The position numbers were made by a program, and so were the translations under genes. Below are positions 12,093 to 27,000 of a stretch of DNA of 64,000 nucleotides, in pieces. Source of the stretch: Amoebophrya sp. A120 (taxonomy: Eukaryota > Protista > Dinoflagellata). Position 1 is the first letter of the stretch; the number at the start of each line of letters is the position of its first letter. Below the pieces are notes generated by a model. That model saw only the letters and a program-made list of their open reading frames with translations. It was not told the origin of the DNA and ran no database searches. Location: positions 626,398-690,397 of the forward strand of contig CAJINV010000006.1 of the NCBI GenBank assembly GCA_905178155.1, read 5' to 3'.

Positions 12093-15000
12093 TTATTTAT
12101 ATACATTGATCAGGAGCCCCCCGCCTCCATGTGCCATTGATTTTGAAGCGGCAAAACGACTTTGATGCTCTACTACCTCCATTATGCCAAAGCAGAACTG
12201 GTACACGTTCATGCAAATATTGAACAAATCATATTCATTCCAAATTTCTGACAACCACTCTTGAAGATCCCCCTGGCCAACATCTCGCTTGCTTCCGCAT
12301 AACTTCGGCGCGACGGTTAGCACATGCGTCGTTGTCGCCAATCGGTCCGGCCTGGAGGACACTGCTTTACTATTCTGAATAGTACCGACTGCCGCCTTGT
12401 CAGGCACTGCGCGTTTGTACGACACGGCCCGGCCCGGCGGTTTTTTCGAAATAAGGCCGTGGACCTCCTTTCCTTTCCCCGGGGCCGGAAATATTGAACC
12501 GCCACCCACAGCGATCAGCTTCGTACTATCCTCGTCTACAACTCCGGCAACTGTTGCACGACGAGGACCTCCAGGGTCTTGTAGTTCTTCCGCCCCGGAG
12601 TCAGCAGCTTCTCGCGCAACATTTTCCGTAGAAGGCTCCTGTAGTCCCCCCGCGGGGGGGAAGGCCTTGTTCTGCATCATCAGTCTCGGGTTGGCGCGTA
12701 ACGCGGCCTGTAGCGTTTTCAGCTTCTCCACAGCCGTCTGCTCCTGTTTTGCCCGGATCTTGTCCGCTTTCCTCCCCGATCCTACAGAAGTTTTTGGCAG
12801 AATGCTTGCCGCCACGAGTCTCCGCTGGGCGCTGGCGGTTCTTTCTCGTTGCGGGGCCGCTGCGCGTATCAAATGTAAAAATGTCTGGGTCTGGAAGGGT
12901 ACAAACTTGTGATGCACATTTCAGAACACAGAAAAATCTCTCATGCATAGGCAGCAAACTTTCCCACTTTCTGTCACCAAAGTCAGGGATTTGTCATGCG
13001 GATTCGGCATGGCGGAGGCTTCTCGAAGCCTGTGATGCTAGAGCTTCCATGCCAGACCTTCTGTGTCATGCAGAAACAGCATGACTCTTCCAGACCCAGA
13101 CATTTTTACATTTGATAGCGCGGTGGTCCCGAGTACTATTTCCAGAGCGTGCCGTGGTCGGCGCTGAGCGTGCTCGAGGTATCGTGAGAAAAAAGTGTTT
13201 ACGGTTGCACACTCAGATGCAAGACCAGCAAGACAGACAACCTCTGTCATGCAGGAAACGCTTACCAGCGTCATTTCATTCGTGTTTTCCCTTGTAGTCT
13301 GCGCACTACAAGTTTTCTTTTGCATGCAGAGCAAATTTGTGATGCTGAAATTACATACAAATGTGTAGCTGTAACACTTTTTTCCTGTGATACGAGGGCT
13401 CCTCCGGGTAGTAATTTTCGTCGTGCTGCCCGAGGGGGGATGTCCTATGTAAAAACGCCCCCGAATTTTAAACCCGACTTGTGTGGTCATGCATCAAGTC
13501 TGCATGCCCAAAATGTTAGTTCTCATGCGCACCAGCAGCCCTAAGGACTTCATGGGCACCAGTAGCTTCTAATGACAAGTTGGAAATAAAATTCGTAGAA
13601 GAATCGCGGCGGCAATATTTTTCAACATGAGTACATTCTACTTACGAGCCCAAATTTGTCATGCGCAGCACCGAGAATCCCTGAGCCTGACTAAAGCAGA
13701 ATTCCGATTTTTGCCAATCGGGGTGGGGCGCTTTAGAAATAATACTCAGGATAGGTCCACGTCGGCGGTCGTTTGGTTTTTTACCTCGTTCTCCGCCTTT
13801 ATGGAATGCAAAAATGTCTGGGTCTGGAAGATTGCTAACGTGTCATGCATGTCTGACATGACTCAAGAATCTGTGATGCATGGGCACGAAGCTGTCTTCT
13901 TAACTGTCATGCAAAAACGCAGTTTGCCATGCGGAACACGCAACACAAAGGAGCCCAAAAATTTGTCATGCTTGGCTCCGTATTGCAGTAGAGCTCTCAT
14001 TCACTTTTAGCATTACAAGTTTCCAGACCCAGACATATTTGCAATGCATAGCCCTCTCAGAAGAGCCATAATTACACGCCCGGAGGAGGAAGACCGTCAC
14101 CACAATACCGGCCAGCAACAAAACAAACGCCAGCACGCCAGTAAGCGTGATACACGTCAGTGCTACTTTGTCCTCTTCCGGTTGTACTATTTTTGACCTC
14201 GCTGTGGTGGGCGGAGGCGTGGTCGTTCCCGTGGGAAGAACAGGATCATACGCTGCAGGAGCAGCCGTGCTCGCTCCCAGCAGCTGTGAAGACGTCGTTC
14301 CAGCACTTCCCTGCGGCTGTGGCGGGGGCGGTCCGTTCCCGCTCCCTGGTCGTGGAGATGCCGCTACTTCTAGCGGAGCGGATCCTGCTGCGGCTGTCGT
14401 TTCTGGCGGCGAAGTTGTAGACTCTGCAGCGGGGGTCCTTGCAGCCGGGGCGGCGGCCCTTGCGTCGGTAGTAAGAGTACTACCCGCTGTGTTGTTGACC
14501 ACCGGGGGAGAATCGTTAGAAGGCTCAGTGCTGGCTCCTTCGGTTGTAGAGATGAGGGGCGCATCAACTCCAAGTAACCCTCGCTGCAGGTCGGCCCGCA
14601 GGCTGGCTTCGTCAAGAATTGCACCGCTAGAAGCGTTATCAAATGCAAAAATGTCTGGGTCTGGAAGAATGCAAGGTTTGTCATGCACACTTTGCATGAC
14701 TCCTGAAGTCTGTGACGCATGCTCTGGCATCACAGATTTTGTGAGGGCTTCCTGATGCCTATACCGCATGAGAAATGCCCTCTCGCCGTGGCAAAAACTG
14801 GACCCCTTTTGCTGTTCACGCAATACAGATTTTTGTAGAATCCAAGTTCAGCATCACAAGTTGCATCCTTCCAGACCCAGACATTTTTGCATTTGATAAG
14901 CGTCGTAGTACCGGCCAATGCCGGCGGCAAGCTCTAGTAGGGCACTTGCTTCCCCTTCCAATGCTCCGGAGCTGCTGCTCTGGAAGCGGCCGTCGCGGGT

Positions 15001-18000
15001 ATTGAACAGCTCGTGGACGACGGCTGCTATGCAATCTGAGCAAGCTGCGCTGGTGTAATAATCTTTTTAAAACCCGCCTACGTCACCCACGACCCGGGCT
15101 GCATGATAAAGAAAACAAAATAGCGCGCAGGCAGCACTACTCCAAAACGCACACGAGGCCGACCGGCTGCAGGCGCGCAAAAGGGCCTATGGGCTTTTCG
15201 CGTGGGTGCTTCGCTTAAGTGGCACGCCCAGGAGTTGCTCCCCCTTGGTGATCATTCACCTCAGCGCGCTTCCCCTGGGTCGTGCTTCGCTTAAGCCGGG
15301 CGGCGCTTAAGTCGTACGTCGGTGAAGCAGGGCGCTGCTTAAGTAGCGCGTCGCATAAGTCGTGCGTTGCCCAGGTCGTGCGTTGCCTAAGTCGTGCGTC
15401 GCATTTGTCGTGCGTCGCCTAAGTCGTGCGCCGCCGAAGTTAGTATTGCGTCGCCAAAGTAGTGCGCCGCCTAAGGAGTGCGTCGCTTGAGTCGTGCTGC
15501 GCCTACGCTTAAGTGCTTCGCCTAAATGCTTCGCCTAAATGCTTCGGCCAGGTGGCCGTGGTTTCAGTGGTTCGCCTAAGATCGTGGCACCTTCAGCCTA
15601 AAAAGTTACACCAGCACAGCCGCTCACCTGAATACCTTCGACGCCCTCCGCACTGGCCACCTGGGACGAACCGGGAGCAGGCAGGCGCGGGAGGAAAAGC
15701 TTGGCCCGCTCCTTATTGTGAGGAAAAATGCCCCCTCCCCATATCGAAAGCGAAACTTGTGTTGCTGTATTTGAGTACACAAATCACATTTGTCTTGCTG
15801 GAGAGGACTGCAGACCCATATCAAGCCGGAGTAGAGAGGCTTTGACTTAGGCACTTAGCATGAAAAGCGTCCGTGATGTTGGCTCAACAGCATGACAAAC
15901 CGCCTCCATAATGGGACGGAAGCTGCTGCCCTTGTCTTCTTGCAACACAAACGTGATTTGTGACCTCAAATCAGCAACACAAATTTTCGAAAACCTACTT
16001 CTTCAATATGGGGAGGGGGGATTTTTCCTTGCGATACTCCTCGTCCTGTGGCGCGAGAAACTCCACCCACACGGGCGACAGGGGCTTTCCCTCCTTGAAT
16101 CGGGCCTGCGTGGTCTCCAGATCCGATACAGAGCTTTTCGCCGTAGGTTTCACAAAGAGCTCCCGGCCAAGTCTCAGTCGCTCGAGCCACAGCCGGCTGG
16201 CGGAGCTTTCAAAAATTCCCCCGGGTAGTAGAGCCGGGAGCACATCAGAAGCTGCAATGCGGGGCACCAACAAGAACTCCAATTCTAGTATCAAAATGAA
16301 AAATCCCCCCTCCCCATATCGAAACGAAGTTTCTGACGCTGAATTTGCTTACACAAATCGGATCTCTCTTGCAATAGAGGACTGCAGGCCCATATCAAGC
16401 CCGAGTCGGGAGGTGTTGGCCTAGGTGTTTAGCATGAAAAACGTCTATGCTGCAGGCCCAATAGCATCACAAACCGCCTACATAATGCCGCGGGGCCTGT
16501 GCGGTTGCCTTCTTGCAAGACAGAGGCGATTTATGGTCACAAATCAGCATGGCAAATTTTCCGAGTCGTGCCTTTTTGATATGGGGAGGGGGGATTTTTC
16601 CTCACAATATCTAGGGTCAGCCGCTCCGTGGCGTTGCCGGTGTAGCCGCTTGTGCGAAAACGTGCATGATCGTATAAAATGCAAATATCCCTGGATGTCT
16701 GGAAGGCTGCAACTTTCCATGCAGATTTTCCATGACCCATGAGGTCTGGAATGCCGGACCTAGCATGACAAACTCTGCGAGGTGGTCTCTGTCATGCCTA
16801 TCCTGCATGAGGAATCCCCTCCCAACTTGCTCCAAAGTGGACAGCTGTTGGCTGCACTCATGCAACACAGATTTTAGCATGATTCAGATTTAGCATCACA
16901 AGTTACCACCTTCCAGACCCAGACACTTTTGCACTTGATACTTCGGTCGAAAAAAGCCGCCGTGGCTCGTTGCGTTGGTATGTCAGTTGGATTCCGTACC
17001 TGCTTATGAATTGCAAATATGTCTGGGTCCTCTGGAAACTTGTGATGCGAGAGAGGGAATAGTGAAAACACTGCAATGCATTGCCCAGCATGACAAGTTT
17101 TGCCGCGGTTCTGAGGCGCGTTCTCCGCATTAGAAACTGCGTTTTTGCATGACAGGCAAGAGGAGCTCTTCGCGGCCACGCAATATTACAGAGCTCAGAG
17201 TCATGGCAGACTAGCATGACACCTCTCGCAAAAATCTCCCAGAGGACCCAGACAACATATTTGCATTTGATACTGGTTTGATTCTGTTTCACGTCTACCA
17301 GCTGTGCCACCGCAGCGTTTTGGCTTGTTTCCCTGGCAGCTCGCTCCAGAAAGCCGGGGCTGAACGTTGCGGGCCGGTGTCGAAAGGAGGAACTTGACGT
17401 TGTGGGGCGGCGCAAGTTATCAAATGTAAAAATGTCTGGGTCTGGAAGAATGCGCGATTTGTCGTGCAGCTTTTCCATGACCCATGACGCCTGGAATGCA
17501 GGACCTAGCACGACAGATTCTGTGCAATCTCTCTCATTCCTATCCTGCATGAGAAACTCCCCCCCGACTTGGTCAAAACTGGACGACTTTTGGTAATCAT
17601 GCAACACAGATTTTTATTGCATGCTTCAGATTTAGCATGACAAGTTGCATTCTTCCAGACCCAGACACTTTTAAATTTGATACAAGTCCGAAAAGTGCCA
17701 AGATATCGACTCGGAGGGAGTGCTGGTTGTAGGACTAGCTGTATCAAAAGGAAAAATCCCCCCTCCCCATATCAAAACGAAATTTCTGATGCTGGATTTG
17801 CGTAGACCAATCCGATTTGTCTTGCAGTAAAGCACTGCAGCCAGATCCTCGGCCTAGGTAGGGGCGCTGGGTCTAGTTGCTGAGCATTGCAAACGGCTGT
17901 CCCCGAGTCGCAACAGCATGCCAAATCGCTTCCATAATGGCGCGGAAGCCTCTGCGCTTGTCTTCTTGCAAGACAGACCTGATTTGTGCCCTCAAATCAG

Positions 18001-21000
18001 CAACACAAATTTTCGGACCCGTACCTTTTCGATATGGGGAGGGGGAGTTTTTCCTTCCAATAAGCTGCACGACCTCCACCACGCCTTGCTCGCCGGTCGT
18101 GAGCGGTTTGTATATCGTAAGGAAAAATCCCCCCTCCCCATATTGAAAAGGTACGTTTCTAAAAATTTGTGATGCTGATTTGAGACCACAAATCCTGCCC
18201 CTCATGCAGGAGGGCAAATTCAGAGACTTCGCCACGATATGCAGGCGGTTTGTAATGCCTGAAGGCCTATAGGGCAGACGTCTGCCATGCTAGGCCCCTA
18301 CACCAAAGGGCCTCCCCTGAGACTTACGATCTGCGTGCAGTCCTTTACTGCAAGACAAATGCGATTTGTGTACTCAAATACAGCAACACAAGTCTCGTTT
18401 TCGACATGGGGAGGGGGGATTTTTCATTTTGATATTGTAGGTACTGCAACATCTCGCCGGACACTGTGCGCAGCAGAAACAAAACCTCGCGGCCCCACCC
18501 GTCGACTAGCCCGGTGCTATAAATTGCAAAAGTATCGCACTCGTATAAATGCATTAATATAAATTTTCCCAGCATGAGAAATAAAATTTGTAGTGCGGAT
18601 TTACCTCAAGAAAAATATTTGTAATGCAAGACTTGCATTTATACGAATACGATACTTTTGCGCAGGATAGGTGCCGGTAAAATATGATTTTTGCCCGGGG
18701 GGTGATGTCCTCGTCGACGAGTCGCCGCGTGCAGTGCTTTTTTATGGTTGTGTCAGGATCGAAATCGTCAGAGTTGAAATTGTTTGTCATGCATAAAGTG
18801 CAACGCAGAAATTGCCTCTACTGCAGAGGACGCAAGGGAGGCAGATTGTAGTGCTGGCAAGGGTCGAGAATTGGGCTGCTGATTAGCATCACAGAGGGGA
18901 GCCCCTTTGCCCTAAACAGCATGACAAATTGGCCTCCCGTACGGACAAAATTTGTGATGCGCCGACTAGAAACTGTGGGTCTAATTGGTTTCGCTTTTAT
19001 GCATTACAAGTTATTTCAACTTTGACGATTTCATTTTCAATCCTGACGCTTCCATACTTCTTCTCCCGATAGTACACCGATTTTTCCCCCATTGTTCCGG
19101 CGGTAGTTCTATCCTGTGCAAAAGTATCGTACTCGTATTGCGATCATGCATTACAAATCTTTTTCTTGAGGCAGATCAGCATTACAAATTTTATTTCTCA
19201 TGCTGAGAAATTTGCAATGCATTTATACGAGTACGATACTTTTGCAGTTCATAAGTTCACCCGCCACAAAGACTCGGCTAAGCGTTCCTCTTGAAGTTTG
19301 ACGGCGACTTGCCCCAGTACCTCGTCATCGGGTACCATCCGTTTCGAAAGCGCAGCGGCCCGAGTCCCTATCAAAGAAGGGTCAGAAGGCGGAGGCGCCG
19401 GGTCGCTCGAGGCCCTATCAAATGCAAAAATCGATCTGGGTCTATAACAGGTCGCAACTTGTGATGCTGTCTGTGGATTCTAAAGAAAATTGTATTGCAT
19501 GACCAGCAAGAGGGGTCGGGTTTGTCCTACGTGGAGAGGGCATTTCTCATGCGGTCGAGGTATGACAAAGCCCTCTAAAGATCTGTGATGCAACATGTGC
19601 TACGGCATGCATCACAGACATCATGGCTCATGGAAAATATGCATGACAAAGCTAGAAATCACTTCCAGACCCAGACATTTTTGCATTTGATAGGCCCGTA
19701 GGGACGTCAACTTGCCTTCCAGATCGGGTTCAACAGCCACGTAAAACATATCCCACTGGGTCAGGAAAAGAAGGTGCGGGAAAAATTCCGCGCGAAAGGG
19801 CGCAACATCGCGTCGAATGGAATCGTCCCATACTGGATCTTTCACCATCACCATGGTGCGCCGCCGGCGCCCTAACAAGCCCTCACAAAGCCACGTCTGC
19901 AAGATAGGCATAGGCAACGACCACTTCTCGGGAACAACAAGTTGCCTATCTTGCGCCGCTCCCTGACCTCCATTGGTCATCACCACCTCTGGCGGAGAAC
20001 TGTCCTCGCAGCCGCCCTGAAAGACCACGTAAGCAGGGCTGCTCGGCGAGGTACTAGAGGCCCCCCCGGCGGCGCCTGGGCGGAAGACTTCTTGTTTACT
20101 TTGTTGTGCTACTCCATAGAAATTCGGCGCCCCGCTGCTCTCCTCCTGCTCCTCTGGCGTAGTAGCGGTCCTGCTGCGGATGATCTCCGCGCCGGAATAA
20201 CGCGAAGTACTAGAGCCCTATCCCGAGCAAAAACGGGGCCCCCCACACCCCCTACTCTTCACAAGATGGGAATAAATCTGCTAGACAAATCAGCACGCTT
20301 TGGTTCTTGTTGCGCATGACAGGTTTGGCCTCGTGGCGTAATAATCCTCGACTTAGCTATAGTTCAGCAGCATTACAGATCTAGCATTACATCATTGTGA
20401 AATTCGAGCATCATAAATTCCGAAACATGACTAGAAAGTGCTTCTCATGTTGACTATGGGGTCGTGTGGGCGCCGGTTTTAAATAGGATAAACCCTGTAG
20501 TTTGACCCCTTGTTCAACAAAAGACCACCACGCGCTCGACACGGGATTGATGGTGATTCGTTCCCCATATCGTAAGGAAAAATCCCCCCTCCCCATATTG
20601 AAAAAGCATCCTTCGGAGAATTTGTGATGCAGAGTTGTGGTCCCAAATTTTTTTTTTTTTGATTAGGCCCTCTTTCTCATTGTATTGTATTGTATTGTAT
20701 TGTATGGCATTGTGTGACGGCGGGAACGACACCCGCCCGTTGTGCTTAAAAATGCGCTCCCACGTCATTCATTAGTTTTTTGCTAGGAGGCCGGTGTGCG
20801 TTACTTAACATGTGAAATCTGATCTACGGGATCCAGCCTGTCTGAGCAGAACCGGGCCGACACAATATTTCACACAGTTAAGCAGAAGGCGCGGGTATCT
20901 TTGGCGTTTTTCCCGTCTGCACTTACTTACGTCGCCCGGTCTTGCAGGACTCTCGCCCTGTTGGCACTTGAGCATATTCCGGGTCCCAAATCATTTTTGT

Positions 21001-24000
21001 CTTGCAAGAAGGCAAGCGCTGAGGGATGAGCCGCATTATGGGTGCGATTTGTCATGCTGGTTGGCCTACAGGGCAGGCCTTTCCCATGCTATACAGCTAG
21101 ACCCGTGCGCTCCTAAACAGCCTAAGAACCTGGCCATAATAATTCCTTACAGCAAAACAGACCCCATCTGTGTACGCAAATCCAGCATCAGAAATCTCGT
21201 TTGGATATGGGGAGGGGGGATTTTTCCTTTTGATAGCCCAAGACCGACGCCTATGGAATGCAAAAACATCGATCTGGGGTGGATCTGGACGAGTATGGAA
21301 GTGTCAGAGTCGAAATTGACAAAGTCGAAAAATTTGTGCTGCACAATATCGATGTCAGTTGGAGGATCAGTTTCCAAGTGGCGCATGACAAATTTGGGTA
21401 GAGCCGAAATGCAGCCTGTCATGCTGTTTGGGCAAAGAAGACTCCTCCTGTCATGCTACTCTGGCAGCGCATTGCATACCCTTCAACAGGCTTACAATCG
21501 GCCTCATTTGCCTGCTCCCCAATACAAGCCTTCAGTGCCCTACATTTTATGCATCACAAATTTTTCGACTTTGTCGATTTCGATCCTGACACATCCATAA
21601 CGAGTGCAACGTTGTAATGCTCGTCGAGATTATGGAGGACATCATGGTGCCTGTAGAGTTTGTCATGCACGCATGCAGGCTGCGATGTTGTTGAACAAAG
21701 AGGTTTAATAATATCGGTTGATGTTTGCATTTTGCAAAACTGCACTTTCTGATGCGGAACAACTACACGCAAAAATCTTCATACAGAGCTCCCCAAGAAC
21801 GAACAACATCCCATGTTGATTGGCTGCCTACTTACTTCTGTGGAGGTCTGTTCATCCTCATGCAACTACATAACGCTTTAAAAATACTAGCATGACAACT
21901 ACAACTCTAAACCAGATCGACAGATGGCAACACAAAGAATTTGCGTTTGATAACATCGTCCAGGGCGCGGTATCAACTGTAAAAATGTCTGGGTCTGGAA
22001 GAATCCAACTTGTCTTGCTGCTTTTGGATTCTAAAAAAATCTGTATTGCATGAGCAGCAAAGAGAGTCCAAGTTTTGCTACACGGAAAGAGCATTTGTCA
22101 TGGGGTATAGGCATCAGGAAGCCCTCACAAAATCTGTGATGCTAGGGCATGCATCACAGACGTCAGGAGTCATGCAAAATGTGCATGACAAACCTGGCAA
22201 TCTTCCAGAGGACCCAGACATTTTTACATTTGATACGCGGGGCGACAGAGCATATCTCCCCCCTCTCCTCGCTCGTAGCCCGCGCAGACTCGTCCACAAC
22301 CCGAACCAGGGCGGCGACATTGAAATATCAAATGCAAATAATGTCTGGATGTCTGGAAGATTGCAAGATTTGTCATGCTAGTCTGGCATCAATGACTCTG
22401 AACTCTGTATTGCGTAGGGCCATCGAAACAGCCTCTACTCTCTATGGATTGTAAAAATGTCTGGGTCTGGAAGGTTGGAACTTGTAATGCTAGCTTTCCA
22501 TACCTAGAAAATCTGTATTGCATAACCAACAAAAGTCGCAGCCTCTTTTGTCATGCAAAGACGCAGTTTCTCATGCGGATTGCCTATGAGAAAGCGTTTT
22601 GGGAAGTTGTCATGCCGGACTGCATTCGGAAGTGTTTTCATCATGCACATTTTAGCATCACAAGTTTCCAGACCCAGACATTTTTACAGTTGATACTCTC
22701 GCCTGTAATGCAAAAACGCAGTTTCATCTCATGCTGGATTAATACGCAGCACAGAAGCACGAAAAAACTTGTCATGCTTGGCTGCGCATTGCAGTTCACT
22801 TATTGTAGTTCACTGACTTGCATCACAAGTTCCCAGACATCCAGGGATATTTGCAATCTACATAGGGAACCGCGACAAACAAAAGTTCGTTTTTGGCCGC
22901 GTCGAGCGTGGTCGCGGTTGGAACTGGGTCGCTGTCTCTATCAAATGTAAAAATGTCTGGGTCTGGAGAAATGCGCGATTTGTCATGCAGCTTTTCCATG
23001 ACCCATGAGGTCTGGAATGCAGGACCTAGCATGACAGACTCTGCGCGATCTCTCTCATGCCTGTCCTGCATGGCAAACTCCCTCCCGACTTGGTCAAAAC
23101 TGGACGACTTTTGGTAATCATGCAACACAGATTTTTGCATGCTTGAGATTTACCATGACAAGTTGCATTCTTCCAGACCCAGACATTTTTACATTTGATG
23201 GTCTCGGCAAGGTTGCCACATAAGCTCGAGATGGGGAGATCGCACAGGATACTCTCCAGATATGCATTGCAAATATGTCTGGGTCCGGAAGAGTGCAGAG
23301 TTTGTCATGCAGATTTTGCATGGCCCAAAAGATCTGGAATGGAAGCTTGTCTGAGGCTCCTCAATGCCTGCCCTGTGTGAGACATACTGGGTTCTCGTGG
23401 CCCAAATTGGGTGTGCCTTGTTGCTCACGCAATACAGAATTTCGTGGCTTGTTCCAGAGCTAGCATCACAAACTCGATTTCCTCCAGACCCAGACATATT
23501 TGCAATGCATACCAGCAGGAAGCAGTACGCGCTTACAGTCTATGGGAGTGTCAGGATCGAAATCGACAAAGTAGAAATTTTCTGTCATGCACAAAATGCG
23601 ACGCAAAGGGTGCCTCTATAATTGCAGGGGATGCAAAGGAGGCTGATTATAGTCCTGCTAAGGGTCAAGAGTTGGGCTGCTGACTAGCACGACAGCAGAG
23701 AGCTCCTTTACCCTAAAGAGCATGACAGACTCGCTTCCGGCGCGGGGAAAGTTTGTCATGCGCCGACCATGAGCCCTGGGTCCAACTGGTAGCGCTTTTA
23801 TGCATTCCAAATTTCTTCTCGATTTTGTCGATTTCGATTCTGACGCTTTCATACAGTCGGAGTTAGTGGTAGTATGTTCGGTAAAATTCGACTGCCCACG
23901 GGAGGACGCCCTCTTAACGCGGCAGCAGAGTTCGTATCCCCACACACCCTCACGGAACCCGGGACCCTTATGCATATTGCAAACTATATATCGAAGATGG

Positions 24001-27000
24001 TCTTCTGGGTTCTCTGGATAATAAACGAAAACGCTGCAAGAACTTGTCGTGCTAAATACAGCCAAACTCGCACCAGCATCTGCGTTTTGCATGAACGCTC
24101 CAGTCATATTACACTTGTTTGCCAAGAACTTCTTGCTACGCGAAGGCCGAATTTGTTCTCATCTTCATGCGGGATTATTCCAATTTTAGGCATACCGAAT
24201 TGAAGTTGAAGATGCGAAGGTCTAACACAACAAAACCTGTGAAGATCTTCGTCAAGCTTCTTTGTGCCGATTCCGAAGAACCATCTGTCTGTGGTCCACG
24301 AGTAGATGCATGACAAGCGCAAGCCTTGCGTTCTTGTTCCGGCTATTATACTTTATTTTCTGGATCGCGATCGCGGAGGGCCGCGGGACCCGCACCGGCG
24401 ACAGGCGGTAGGCAAGCAATGTGGACGGCGCGCGCACGCAGCCCCGCCTTGTGGATTCTACTTCCAGATTTCGACATAGATCTAAGTACTTCGATATATA
24501 TAAAAAATGATTTGTCGATTTGATAAAGCTGGTACTTCAGCCACTTCATACCCAGGGTCAGCCAGTCGCGTTCGGCGCGCGCCTATCAAATGTAAAAATG
24601 TCTGGGTCTGGAACAAAGGAACTTGTCATGCTAAATCTGAATTATGTAAAAATCTGTGTTGCATGATTACCGAAAGCTGTCCACTTTTGACCTAATCGAG
24701 AGCCAGTTTCTCATGCAGGATAGGCATTACAAAGGTTTCGCAGAATCTGTCATGCTATGTCCTACATACCAGACCTCATGGGTTATGGAAAACCTGCATG
24801 ACAAATCTGGAAATCTTCCAGACCCAGACATTTTTGCAGTTGATAGCGCCGGCACGGTGCGGTCGAGCAGCGGTGGATAGTATGGATTGCAAAAATGTCT
24901 GGGTCTGGAAAGTTGGAACTTGTGATGCTGCATTTAGATTCTACAAAAATCTGTATTGCATGAGCAGCAAAGAGAGTCCAAATTTTGCTACACGGAAAGA
25001 CCTTTTGTCGTGCGGTATAAGCATCAGGAAGCCCTCACAAAATCTGTGATGCTAGGGCATGCACCACAGACATCAGGAGTCATGCAAAATGTGCATGACA
25101 AACCTTGGATCCTTCCAGACCCAGACATTTTTACATATGATAGATAGAAGCTCTGGTTCTTGCCGGGAAGATCCTGGAAATACTTCTTGTCAGCAACACC
25201 TTCAAAAGTGGATTCCAGTCCAAAGGTGGCTCGAGTAGAAGGTCTGGGGTCTAAAGAGGGGGCGGGCGGCCCAGACTTGTACAAGGGATGATAGCGCCGC
25301 AGGTCTACAGGGTCGTCGTAGTGTCGCACAACCAATCGGGTCCCCCGAGAGAAATAGTCTTCCGCGATCATCTCCAGCGACCTCGTGTCATCTTCCACGG
25401 GGGGGCGACTACTCAGCTCATGCCACCTCCTCACTGACGAATAGGGAAGCGATGTCGACCTCACTAGTGCTGGGGCCGTGAATTTCTTCGCAGCATATCA
25501 GATGCAAATATCGATCTGGGTCTGGAAACTTCTAATGCTGCGTTGGGAATAGCGAATGCTCTGTAATGCACAGCCAAGCATGAGAAATATCTGCGCTTCT
25601 TTGTGTTGCGTTTTTCGCATGGCAAACTGCGTTTTTGCATGACAGGCAAAAGGGTCTATTTTGGGACACGCATCACAAGCTTTTTGGTCATGCCAGACAA
25701 GCATGACAACTCTCGCAATCTTCCAGACCCAGACACATTTCCATTTGATACAACAGTAGCCGGAGCAATTGTTCCTTCGCTCCTACTCTCGGTAGAACTT
25801 CTTGGCGAAGTAGTTGTAGTACCAGGATCTTCTTCATGTCGCTGCTCGGCGACAGAGTCGTCTTGTAAACTACCCACGCGGCGCCGTACCATCGTCCTTT
25901 GCGTCGGATGTTCCTTTTTGGGAAGAGAGTTCGCCCTCGGAGGTAAGGAGGACAATGCTCTTGGCAAAAATGTAGGAGCAGCCTGTACTTCTGCAGTTGG
26001 TGGTTGTTCGCTCTCGGTTGTAGATGAAGTCGTCCTTTGTGGTGAATACTTAGTAACCTCTATCAAAAGGAAAAATCCCCCCTCTCCATATCAAAACGGA
26101 AATCTGTGATGCAGATTTGTTGTCACAAATCAGCTTTGTCATGCTACACGGGAAAAGACGCGGACTGTAGTGCTGGGTGGCGTGGGGAAGCCTTGCATCT
26201 TCAGCATGATAGGAGGCAGCTGAGAGTGGGAAACAGCATGACAAATTGCCTGCGAAGGAGGCCGCGACTGCGGCTCTTGGCCTTCTAGCATGACAAGTCG
26301 ATTTGTGACCTCAAATACAGCATCACAAATTTCGTTTTCGATATGGGGAGGGAGGATTTTTCCTTTCGATAACCTCCCGTAACTTCTCTCGTCGCTGCTC
26401 GGCGACAGAGGAGTCCTGCCCTGTTGTTCCCGACTGCTCAGCAGGACCAATGAGACCTGTAATGCATGACGTAGCATCGCAGATTTTAATTTTTCGAGGG
26501 CTTCATGATGCCTATTCTGCATGAGAAATGCCCTCTCCGCGGAGCACAAACTGGGCTCCTCTTGCTGCGGCATGCAACACAGATTTTTTTGGAATCCACA
26601 GACAGCATTACAAGTTGAAACCTTCCAGATCCAGACATTTTTGCATTCGATATGGAATGATGTGTGGCAACTGTACCTGCAGAAAAGCTATCAAATGCAA
26701 AAATGTCTGGGTCTGGAAACTTGTGATGCTCGGTGGCGTCTCATGATGAGGCCACAAATGCTGGCTCAGCATGACAAGTTTCTGAGCTTCTAGGTGTTGC
26801 CTATTCTGCATGACAAACTGCGTTTCTGCATCACAGAAAAATGGAGCTCTTGGGTAACGTGCATGACAGATTTAAGAGTTATGCCAGACAAGCATGACAA
26901 ACATGCATTCTTCCAGACCCAGACATTTTTACACTTGATATGGCTCGCCCCTCGCGGTCGAACTCGAAGACGCTCTTTTTGGTGCATTAGCATTACCACC

